Positions 56,105-64,000 of a stretch of DNA of 64,000 bases are shown in pieces. Below the pieces are notes generated by a model. The model made no database searches. It was not told where the DNA came from and saw only the letters and a program-made list of their open reading frames with translations. Numbering within the stretch: position 1 is the stretch's first letter; each line of letters opens with the position of its first letter. Source of the stretch: a virus; IMG/VR virus record IMGVR_UViG_3300031521_000049, positions 2,834-66,833 of that record, one strand, 5' to 3'. The position numbers and the translations under genes are program-made.

Positions 56105-56332
56105 ATGCGATTGTTCAACATGATTAGGCTTGAAGATGTAAGTAATAATAGTGGAACTGGAATTGTAGCTCAAGGATGTGTTTTTGATGATGAGACAGTT
56201 ACTATGAGGTGGCTGTCAAAGTATAGATCAACAGTTGTTTTTAAATCTTTATGCGATTTGAAAAAGATTCATTGTCATAAAGGAAAAACAATTATTGAAT
56301 ATGTAAATGAATCGAATATTAAGGAGGAATGA
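56105..56332 (+). CDS. Hypothetical protein
   Basis: R.EDVS..SGTG.VA.G..F.D..V..RW, a common small phage ORF pattern. Confidence 0.6.
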   Translation: MRLFNMIRLEDVSNNSGTGIVAQGCVFDDETVTMRWLSKYRSTVVFKSLCDLKKIHCHKGKTIIEYVNESNIKEE

Positions 56333-56335
56333 ATT

Positions 56336-56500
56336 ATGGGTGGAAAAGGATCAGGGCGAAAAGCAGGCGGAGCAGGAAATAAAAAAGTAATAACCTCCAC
56401 AAAACAAAAAACAGTCAAGATAAGCACCAAAAGAAAAATTGGATATAGAATATCTGATGTTGGGCCTGGCGGAAAAGAATATAACGTAAGAAAAGGTTAA
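56336..56500 (+). CDS. Small basic Gly/Lys-rich peptide (54 aa)
   Basis: MGGKGSGRKAGG...; GGAGG RBS; below ORF-track cutoff. Confidence 0.55.
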   Translation: MGGKGSGRKAGGAGNKKVITSTKQKTVKISTKRKIGYRISDVGPGGKEYNVRKG

Positions 56501-56503
56501 TAA

Positions 56504-57424
56504 ATGCCAACACCAGAACGATTGCAATTTGAAGCAATAAATAAATTAGCTCAAAAAATTAATACTTACGAAAAGCAAGTATCTAAATCTTTATACGACG
56601 CACTTCAGACGATGCGTTCTGATATGCAAAAGATATATGATAAGTACGCAACGAATGGAGTATTAAGTAGAGCCGATATGACTCGGTATAATCGCTACGC
56701 TTCAATGGAAAAACAAATGCTTTCTGCAATCGATCCGGCGTTAAAAGAAAATTTAAAAACAATATCTAAACTTATGCCCGATATGTATAATGAATCTTTT
56801 TTTAGAGAGGCTTGGCAAATAGATAATGTATCGGGTGTTCGTTTAAACTGGGGAACAATAAATAAAGATGTAATAATGGAAGACCTTGCAAATGAACACG
56901 ATAAAATAGCATATGAAAAATATCCAACTAATGCAAGATTTGAAATTAGAAAAGCTTTGAACAATGGTTTGACTCTGGGTAAATCGTTAACACAAATGAC
57001 TCGCGATTTAAAAAAAGCAATGAACATAACCAATATGGCAGCAATGAGAATAATAAGAACTGAAGCAATGACTGCTCAAAATGCTGCTGCTAACGATGTA
57101 TATATTCGGGCATTTGAAAAAGGTATTGAAGGCGACGATATATGGGATGCAACAAAAGATGCAAGAACAAGAGCAGATCACGGTTATGCCGATGGACAAA
57201 TAAAAGATAAGAAGACTGGAATGTTTTCTTTACCCGGAGAAGATCCATTTCCTTATCCTTGCCATGAAAGTTTGACTGCAAAGAACAGAATCAATTGTCG
57301 ATGTAATCATAGATTCCAAGTGTCTGGATATTCGCCACAATTAATGCGAACAAGAGAACAAGGAATATTACCATATATGAATTATGATGATTGGAAAAAG
57401 AAATATCCAATTAAAGTAAAATAA
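56504..57424 (+). CDS. Minor capsid / head morphogenesis protein (SPP1 gp7, Mu F-like)
   Basis: RIIRTE, W.AT.D.RTR.DH...DGQ, INCRC. Confidence 0.9.
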   Translation: MPTPERLQFEAINKLAQKINTYEKQVSKSLYDALQTMRSDMQKIYDKYATNGVLSRADMTRYNRYASMEKQMLSAIDPALKENLKTISKLMPDMYNESFFREAWQIDNVSGVRLNWGTINKDVIMEDLANEHDKIAYEKYPTNARFEIRKALNNGLTLGKSLTQMTRDLKKAMNITNMAAMRIIRTEAMTAQNAAANDVYIRAFEKGIEGDDIWDATKDARTRADHGYADGQIKDKKTGMFSLPGEDPFPYPCHESLTAKNRINCRCNHRFQVSGYSPQLMRTREQGILPYMNYDDWKKKYPIKVK

Positions 57425-57440
57425 AAGGAGGAATATATAA

Positions 57441-57776
57441 ATGGCAAGAGCTTTATTAGAACAAGTCGGTGGACCATGCGACATAAGAATAGTTCACGGG
57501 AATGATTATATTCCTCAATTCACAGTTCCATTTAATTCATCAGGATATACTTTTATAACAAGCGTAACTTTGAATAACACTACAGATGAAATAAATATTC
57601 CGACTGTACATACAACAGGATCAGCATCATCAGTTATTCAATGTACTTTTTACGCATCAACAACTACTATTTTCGGAACAACTCAACAGGCTTTTTTACA
57701 TAGCTGGAAAATGGATTATCTTGACGATCAGGGTTTAAAAAGAACATTTATGGCTGGAACGCTGGAGAGCTTATGA
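57441..57776 (+). CDS. Structural adaptor protein (BppU-N-like)
   Basis: DI.I..G.DY...F, RTFMAG.L C-terminal pattern. Confidence 0.45.
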   Translation: MARALLEQVGGPCDIRIVHGNDYIPQFTVPFNSSGYTFITSVTLNNTTDEINIPTVHTTGSASSVIQCTFYASTTTIFGTTQQAFLHSWKMDYLDDQGLKRTFMAGTLESL

Positions 57777-59518
57777 TTAATATATTAGTTCAACAGCCAG
57801 ATGTTATAAGCGTAACTGCAATAAATGAAAATGAATTTAATGTAGATATAACAACTCCCGCGCCTATAGTTGTTGAAGCATCAGGTCAATCAGGAAAGCA
57901 AGGATTACAAGGTGATAACGTTGATTACGCATTGAGTACAGGCGTCACATGGGGTTTAGGTTTACAAATACATTCTGGAGATACAAGTAAATTTGATATA
58001 TTACCAGGTGAAGCAATATTTATTGATAACTTTACAACACCAGGAACCATTGCGAAAACAATATTAAAACTTCCATCAGGAATAAGTTCAATAACTCCTG
58101 TATGGGGAACAGGCGGACGCCATCCAATTTATATTACGCTCGATAAAGACGGAATAGTTCATCAATCTCTTTTAGCACCAACGCCAGAAGAATACGCTGA
58201 TATTGCATATGTCGGAGTTATAGCGGTTATTCCAGCTCTTACTACAATTGCGGCAGTATATCAATATCAATTCGGAGCAGTGAATTCTATAACGAGATTT
58301 GAACAACTTTGTTATGCGCTTGGATCATTTAATATTGTTGGAAATATATATTCTGCAATAAGCGCCACTCCAACATTATCTATTAAAAGAAGTTCTGGTA
58401 AAATATTTAGACTCGGCAGTAATATGGAGAATAATCCAAAAGCACCTGATATTGTTACAACTACAGAAGGCAATCCTGAATTATTTTTTAGTTTGTATCA
58501 TCAAGCAGGTGAATGGTTTTATAACCCAGTTCCTCACAGTAATGTAGATCCAGAATATTATGATAATGGCTCATCATTGGTTGCAATGACTCCTGGATAT
58601 TTTCAAATAAAGACAATGTTCTATAGTCCGAGTATTGTTTTCTTTCAATATGGGCAAAAAGAATACGCATCTATGAATGAAGCGATAAATGGAGTAAACG
58701 ACAACATAGATATTTATTCTATTCTTGTTGGTGACTTTGTTTTTAGAGGATGGATTGTAATTCAGCAAGGTTGCACAGATTTACATAATTTTTCTAAATG
58801 TAAATTTATAGCAGCTGGAAAATTTGGATTAGGATCAAGTACATCAGAAGGAGGAAGTGGAAATATACCACCAGGAGGATTGCTTCATCAAGTATTAAGA
58901 AAAGCGGGCAATGGCGATTATGATATAGAATGGGGAAATAATTATCCTGTTGGATTAAATAAAGAAGTACAGTTTAACGATAACGGATCTGGAGGATCAG
59001 ATACAGATTTTACTTTTGATAAAGATACCAAATCATTATCAATTGGAAAATCAGAAACACTTCCAAATAATCCTTTAGGCGTTGGCGGTAACGTAGATTC
59101 TTATTTACAAACAAATATTAAAAATAAAAGCGATGGAATTTCTGCAAGCTCCGATTATGTTGCAACTGCTAACGATGGAACTGATGAAATTTATTATGCG
59201 AATATGGGAGTTAACGGATCTAATTATGCAAATGAAGATTTTTCTGGAATAAAAGCTCATGATGGATATATGATTGCTAATGGTAGCGATCTTGCATTAG
59301 CGTCAAGCGACAATTTAAATTTATTGGCTGGAGGGTTTAAAGAAGAAAACATAATTGGTCAAGTAAAGACAACAGGAATTGATCTTGTAGAAAATATGCA
59401 CTATAAAGAAAATGGATTTGATATAATCGATGTAATAAAAGAATGTTCAAGCAAAGTTGAAGAGGATGCAGCATTTTTAGCTGGGTCGAAAATCATAATA
59501 AGAACTGATTTGATATAA
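57773..59518 (+). CDS. Fibre-like structural protein
   Basis: Short collagen-like GQSGKQGLQG, PPGG...QVLRK.G..DYDIEW and EVQFND.G...DTDFTFD fibre motifs. Confidence 0.55.
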   Translation: MINILVQQPDVISVTAINENEFNVDITTPAPIVVEASGQSGKQGLQGDNVDYALSTGVTWGLGLQIHSGDTSKFDILPGEAIFIDNFTTPGTIAKTILKLPSGISSITPVWGTGGRHPIYITLDKDGIVHQSLLAPTPEEYADIAYVGVIAVIPALTTIAAVYQYQFGAVNSITRFEQLCYALGSFNIVGNIYSAISATPTLSIKRSSGKIFRLGSNMENNPKAPDIVTTTEGNPELFFSLYHQAGEWFYNPVPHSNVDPEYYDNGSSLVAMTPGYFQIKTMFYSPSIVFFQYGQKEYASMNEAINGVNDNIDIYSILVGDFVFRGWIVIQQGCTDLHNFSKCKFIAAGKFGLGSSTSEGGSGNIPPGGLLHQVLRKAGNGDYDIEWGNNYPVGLNKEVQFNDNGSGGSDTDFTFDKDTKSLSIGKSETLPNNPLGVGGNVDSYLQTNIKNKSDGISASSDYVATANDGTDEIYYANMGVNGSNYANEDFSGIKAHDGYMIANGSDLALASSDNLNLLAGGFKEENIIGQVKTTGIDLVENMHYKENGFDIIDVIKECSSKVEEDAAFLAGSKIIIRTDLI

Positions 59519-59533
59519 ACGGAGGAATAAAAG

Positions 59534-60118
59534 ATGGAAAAAGCAAATGCTGTTATGTTTAGTGATGCTGAAATTATAAGAGGTAAAGGAATGAATGAAA
59601 ATTGTAATGCTGAAGGCGTTTATAAAGTTATTTGTGTAAGTAAGGACGGAAACACAAAATGGGAAGATACAATTGATAATGTTGTAACTAATGTTGGAAA
59701 GAATCTTATGCTTGATTCAGCTCTTGCAACGGCAGTTACAGTAGTTGGTCCTTATATGGGATTGATTAGTTCTGTTTCGTATTCAACTGTCCCAACTGTA
59801 CTCGATACAATGGCAAGTCATGCTGGTTGGGTTGAAGCTGGAAGTGCATCTAATTTTCCTTTATATACAGCGCCAAGAAAAACTTGTGTATGGTCTGCGG
59901 CATCGACTGGATCGAAAGCATTGTCTGCTGCATTGAGCTTTTCAATTATAACAACTGGAGGAACTGTTAAAGGTTGTTTCATTGTTTTTGGTTCAGGAGC
60001 GGTTTCAACTATTGCAGATACTAATGGCGTTTTATATTCGGCTGGATTGTTTACTGGTGGAGATAAAGTTGTTGGTGTCGGAGATACGCTTCAGGTTTCT
60101 TATACTACGTCTTTGTAA
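59534..60118 (+). CDS. Structural protein
   Basis: KWED...NVVTNVGK, LYSAG.F..GDK.V..GDTL.VSY; Gly/Ser/Thr-rich. Confidence 0.55.
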   Translation: MEKANAVMFSDAEIIRGKGMNENCNAEGVYKVICVSKDGNTKWEDTIDNVVTNVGKNLMLDSALATAVTVVGPYMGLISSVSYSTVPTVLDTMASHAGWVEAGSASNFPLYTAPRKTCVWSAASTGSKALSAALSFSIITTGGTVKGCFIVFGSGAVSTIADTNGVLYSAGLFTGGDKVVGVGDTLQVSYTTSL

Positions 60119-60130
60119 TGAGGTGATAAA

Positions 60131-60967
60131 ATGGCAATGGTTAGTTTAGACAATTATATCGCAGCATCTAAACAAAGAGTTGGATGGATTAAAACAGGAA
60201 CAGCAAGAACAACTGTTGCAACTATTCCATTTACATTACACGAGATTTCAGGTAATCCAGGAGCCGGGACTTTAGCTGGAGCATCAACAGCAACAGCAAT
60301 ACTTCAAACTGATGCAATTGCTGGATATCCTTTAATTGATTTTATAACAGGAACTTCATATTTAACTAAAGTTGAATTTGGTAACTCTGTTGCGTGTAGA
60401 ATAAGGTTGGTAGATACAATAACCAAATCTGGACCTTATAGTTATGCTGCCGGAACAACTGCAATATCAAGTTCTCCAGATATTACAACAAGATGTCCAG
60501 ATTATGCCGGAGGTTCATCTTATGGTTCAAGAAACGAAATATGGATACAAATATCGACAGCATTTGTAACGGGAACGGCATGGCAAGTTCAAGTAACATA
60601 TACAAATCAGGCCGGAGTTACAGCAAAGACAAGTATTATTTCTGTTGCTCAGGCAGCAGCAGCATTAACAATTGGAAAATTATTTCAAATTGGACTGGCT
60701 ACTGGCGATACTGGTGTTCAAAAAGTTCAAAGCGTTATTGTTACTAATGGTGGTACCGCAATGACGGCTGGAGCATTTGATGTTCTTGTTGTTAGGAATA
60801 TTTGGCAAGGAAGAGTTCGTATAAATAATGATGGAGATACGCATGATCTATTAAAAACAGGAGCGCCAATTATTTATAATGATAGTGCATTATCTTTTTG
60901 GGTACAAACAGATTCTACATCTAGTGGGGTTCCAGAAATAATGTTTGAATTGGCGAATAATGGCTAA
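60131..60967 (+). CDS. Structural protein
   Basis: Thr/Ala/Gly-rich beta protein, VTYTNQAG motif. Confidence 0.55.
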   Translation: MAMVSLDNYIAASKQRVGWIKTGTARTTVATIPFTLHEISGNPGAGTLAGASTATAILQTDAIAGYPLIDFITGTSYLTKVEFGNSVACRIRLVDTITKSGPYSYAAGTTAISSSPDITTRCPDYAGGSSYGSRNEIWIQISTAFVTGTAWQVQVTYTNQAGVTAKTSIISVAQAAAALTIGKLFQIGLATGDTGVQKVQSVIVTNGGTAMTAGAFDVLVVRNIWQGRVRINNDGDTHDLLKTGAPIIYNDSALSFWVQTDSTSSGVPEIMFELANNG

Positions 60968-62000
60968 AAGCGAATTTCGACAAATACCATCAGGGAGATT
61001 GATAAGTTCAAATCTTGTTCAATTTATCCCTGACGGTGTTTCAAATAAAATTGCCAATGAATTTTGGGAAGCGGCAACATCAATAACTGCCTCTCAATTA
61101 GAATCCTCATCTTTAACAGATTCTTTATCTAATACTTTTATTGGATTGGCGTCTCAATTAGAATCAGCATCTTTAATCGATACTGAAAGCGTGACATTTA
61201 CAACTCTTGTATCGTTATTAGAATCAGCAAGCGCAGTCGATACAAAAGATGGAACAATACTTTATATATTGCCAGTATCTATTACAGAAACAGGAAATGC
61301 AGTCGATACAAAAGATGCAAATATTGTTTTATTAGTATCAGTATCAATAACAGAAACAAGCACTTTAATTGATTCGCCAAATAGAACATTTACAACTATA
61401 TCAAGCGCAACCGAATCTTCTGTTTTAATAGATACACAATCAAAAGTATCAATACAAATAGCATCAACAACTGAATCATCAAGCATTGTAGATACAAAAG
61501 ATAGAACAATAATTACTAATTCTACAATACTTGAAGACGAAACATTAATAGATGTTATAAATAAAACAGCAAGATATTTAGTCTCATTAAATGATTCTAA
61601 TACATTAATCGACACTAAAAACTCAACATTTATTTCTTTAGCAAGTATTCTTGAAGATGAAATTTTAATTGATTCTCCAAATAATACTTATTTAACAATT
61701 GCTTCTGTTTCTGATGCTCTTGAATTGATTGATCTTGCTGATTGGGCTGGCGGAACTGATTGGCCTGTATCAATAACAGAACAATTGAATGCTCTCGACT
61801 CATCTAGCAATATTATTCTTTCGATTAGATTCTATAATGGATTAAAAGTTATTCATCATATAACACCAATCGATAACGACATAAGAATAAAGACTGGAAA
61901 TAATATAATTGGAATTCCTTTAATAGATCCGATCGAAAGTAAGGATGGATCGATTAGAGTTAAAATAAATGGCATTGTAAAGGCGTTGAAACAAAACTAA
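60960..62000 (+). CDS. Ser/Thr-rich repeat protein (~12 repeats of 20-22 aa)
   Basis: Repeat S-x-x-E-x-x-x-h-h-D, e.g. ASQLESASLIDT, VSITETSTLIDS. Confidence 0.65.
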   Translation: MAKSEFRQIPSGRLISSNLVQFIPDGVSNKIANEFWEAATSITASQLESSSLTDSLSNTFIGLASQLESASLIDTESVTFTTLVSLLESASAVDTKDGTILYILPVSITETGNAVDTKDANIVLLVSVSITETSTLIDSPNRTFTTISSATESSVLIDTQSKVSIQIASTTESSSIVDTKDRTIITNSTILEDETLIDVINKTARYLVSLNDSNTLIDTKNSTFISLASILEDEILIDSPNNTYLTIASVSDALELIDLADWAGGTDWPVSITEQLNALDSSSNIILSIRFYNGLKVIHHITPIDNDIRIKTGNNIIGIPLIDPIESKDGSIRVKINGIVKALKQN

Positions 62001-62019
62001 GGAGGTATAAAACAACGAA

Positions 62020-62082
62020 AAAAGCCACGTAGAAATTTTAGATACAATTAATATTTAGTTTTTGATACAGATACTATATAAT
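62020..62082 (+). promoter_or_regulatory. Late promoter: AAAAGCCACGTAGAAA box + core
   Basis: Box identical to 51921-51936; core matches 41515-41550. Confidence 0.65.
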
Positions 62083-62104
62083 CAATTAAAGATAAGGAAA
62101 TTAA

Positions 62105-62410
62105 ATGAATAAACAGAGGCAAAGGAAATTGGAAGCAAGGAAAAGAAGGCAGGTATCACTTCATCCAGAAATGATAAATACCAAGACAGAACTTGCTGAA
62201 AAGAAACCAGAAACCAAAGTAATTAAAAAGGATGTCCAGTCAACTAAGGCAAAATCTAATTCGATACCAGAAAAGAAAACAGAAAAGAAAACAGAAAAGA
62301 AAACAGAAAAGAAAACAGAAAAGAAAACAACTATTGTAAAGACAACGGGAGCGAATAAGATAACGAAGGATGTTGCAAAAAAGAAACATAATTCAAAAGG
62401 AAGGAAGTAA
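62105..62410 (+). CDS. Highly basic protein with EKKT repeats
   Basis: Lys-rich 101 aa; first gene of capsid operon. Confidence 0.6.
   Translation: MNKQRQRKLEARKRRQVSLHPEMINTKTELAEKKPETKVIKKDVQSTKAKSNSIPEKKTEKKTEKKTEKKTEKKTTIVKTTGANKITKDVAKKKHNSKGRK
62268..62327 (+). repeat. 12-bp tandem repeat CAGAAAAGAAAA x5
   Basis: Five exact copies. Confidence 0.95.
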
Positions 62411-63055
62411 ATGGAAATCACAATCGAAGATGTAAAGAAATTTCTTGCTGAAAATAAAGATGACGAAGGCGTAAAAGCAATCGTTAAATCTTTTATGCCA
62501 GAACAAAAGATAACTCCAGAAGAGGTATCTGCATTCTTGGTAACGCCTGAAGGAGAAAAACTTGTTCAGCCATACGGTGATACAAGAGTCACACAAGCTC
62601 TTAAAACCGCAGAAAAAAAATGGATGGAAGATAAGCTTGAACCTGAAGTTAAAAAGCGTTTAGCAATTGAAGTTTCAAAGATCATGCCCAAAGATGATCC
62701 TGTGGCAAAACAAATTAAAGAAATGCAAGATAGATTGGATGAATCAGAAAAGAAGAGTGCGCGAGATAATCTGAAAAGACAGATTGTGCAAAATGCAGCT
62801 CAGAGAAAAGTTGACCCATTCTTTGTTGATGATTTCTTGCCATCATCTATCGAGGAAGCTGATTTGTATTTACAGAAAATTGAAGCGCACGATAAGGCAG
62901 TGAAAGAAGCTGCAATTAATGATCTTATCGCAAGCAAAAATTTTGTTCCTAATGGCGGTAAACCTAAATCAGAAAAAGTTGACCTGAGCAAAATGAGTAA
63001 AGCGGAATTACGCAAACTCGAAGAATCTGGCGAGCTTGATAGTATGATTGGCTAA
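62411..63055 (+). CDS. Capsid scaffolding protein (DUF4355-like)
   Basis: D.RVTQALKT motif, helical, directly before capsid gene. Confidence 0.75.
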   Translation: MEITIEDVKKFLAENKDDEGVKAIVKSFMPEQKITPEEVSAFLVTPEGEKLVQPYGDTRVTQALKTAEKKWMEDKLEPEVKKRLAIEVSKIMPKDDPVAKQIKEMQDRLDESEKKSARDNLKRQIVQNAAQRKVDPFFVDDFLPSSIEEADLYLQKIEAHDKAVKEAAINDLIASKNFVPNGGKPKSEKVDLSKMSKAELRKLEESGELDSMIG

Positions 63056-63079
63056 TAAATTAAATGGAGGAAACAAATT

Positions 63080-63943
63080 ATGGGACTTGAGAATTTTATC
63101 CCTGCGATTTGGAGTGCAAAGCTTGATGTTCGACTTCGGAAAAATCTTGCTTTTGCTCAGCTGGTAAATACTGATTACCAGGGAGAAATCACCAGTTACG
63201 GTGATCGTGTAAAAATTAACGAAATCGGCGTTATCACTGTATCCGATTATGTGAAAGATTCTACTTTGACTTTCGAGACTCTTGACGGAGCACAGAAAGA
63301 ACTTATCATCGATCAGGCTAAATCTTTTAGCTTCCGTATTGATGATATTGATATTGCACAGCAGAATCCGAAAGTTATGAACGCCGCAATGTCACAAGCT
63401 GCTTATCAGGTTGCTGATAAGATTGACCAGTTCCTTGCAAAGCTTTATGACAAAGCTGGAATTACAAGTGCTAATCTCGGTACTGCTGCGACTGCTGTTT
63501 CAGTAACGAGCGGAAATATTATTTCTACTATTTCATATGCTTCACGGTATATGGATGAAAATAATGTTCCTTCTGGTGATCGTTTCTTGGTTGTTCCTCC
63601 GTGGGTTCATCAGAAACTGTTGCTTGCCGAGGTCGGTGGTATTTCTGCAACTGCCGTTCCCAAAGTATTCGATGATGGCGCTTTGACTTCTGGTTATATT
63701 GGCGATGCTCTTGGATTCAGGATCATCATGTCAAATAACGTACAGAGCGCGGCAACTTCTGTTTCTGCTGTTATGGCATTTAATCGTTCTGCGATTTCTT
63801 ATGCTGGACAAATTTCACAGGTCAAGGCTGTTGATATTGAAGCAGGATTTGGACAGGGCGTAAAAGGACTTTACGTGTTTGGTGCCAAAGTTGTTCATCC
63901 TGAAGCACTCGCAACTTTGTATCTTACTGAAGCTGCGGGCTAA
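63080..63943 (+). CDS. Major capsid protein (HK97 fold)
   Basis: FIPAIWS, YQGEI...GD.VKI, L.IDQ...F.IDD.D..Q, GF.I..SN, KGLYVFGAKV..PE. Confidence 0.92.
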   Translation: MGLENFIPAIWSAKLDVRLRKNLAFAQLVNTDYQGEITSYGDRVKINEIGVITVSDYVKDSTLTFETLDGAQKELIIDQAKSFSFRIDDIDIAQQNPKVMNAAMSQAAYQVADKIDQFLAKLYDKAGITSANLGTAATAVSVTSGNIISTISYASRYMDENNVPSGDRFLVVPPWVHQKLLLAEVGGISATAVPKVFDDGALTSGYIGDALGFRIIMSNNVQSAATSVSAVMAFNRSAISYAGQISQVKAVDIEAGFGQGVKGLYVFGAKVVHPEALATLYLTEAAG

Positions 63944-63963
63944 TTAAAAGGAGGTTAAAATAA

Positions 63964-64000
63964 ATGGGACAAAAAACTGTTAATCCGGTTTCGCCTACAC
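63964..64000 (+). CDS. Start of next head gene (runs off window)
   Basis: AAGGAGG RBS then ATG GGA CAA AAA... Confidence 0.5.
   Translation, partial: MGQKTVNPVSPT

Noticed and set aside
62268-62327. CRISPR array
   Set aside because: 12-bp tandem repeat without spacers inside a coding region; no cas genes or repeat-spacer arrays seen

Overview
An AT-rich tailed-phage (siphovirus-type) genome segment. It is probably nearly the whole genome: it starts inside the major tail gene and ends just past the major capsid gene, so mainly the head-tail connector genes are missing. Layout: tail and lysis genes (+, 1-9643); a long leftward replication/recombination/DNA-modification arm (-, 9644-37314) with RecA, gp32-like SSB, DnaX, DnaE, DnaN, DnaB-like helicase, primase, SNF2 helicase, a sigma-like factor, Rep-like and ParB-like proteins, and a full 7-deazaguanine (preQ0) pathway with two TGT/DpdA-like genes; a divergent control region (37315-38136) with a candidate origin and a candidate structured ncRNA; and a rightward arm (+) with a split SbcCD, an accessory module and the packaging/head genes. 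The most striking element is the accessory module at 41.6-48.9 kb. It encodes an outer-membrane beta-barrel, a sugar ABC solute-binding protein, two permeases, a CMP-nonulosonate synthetase-like cytidylyltransferase and a DUF115/Maf-like transferase, which together suggest a phage-borne import-activate-transfer glycosylation pathway. A 17-bp promoter motif (GATATCCTATAATATAT) recurs nine times. No integrase, CRISPR array, tRNA or reverse transcriptase was seen. The host is a diderm, possibly a spirochaete (inference). All product calls come from motif recognition by eye; no database searches were run.
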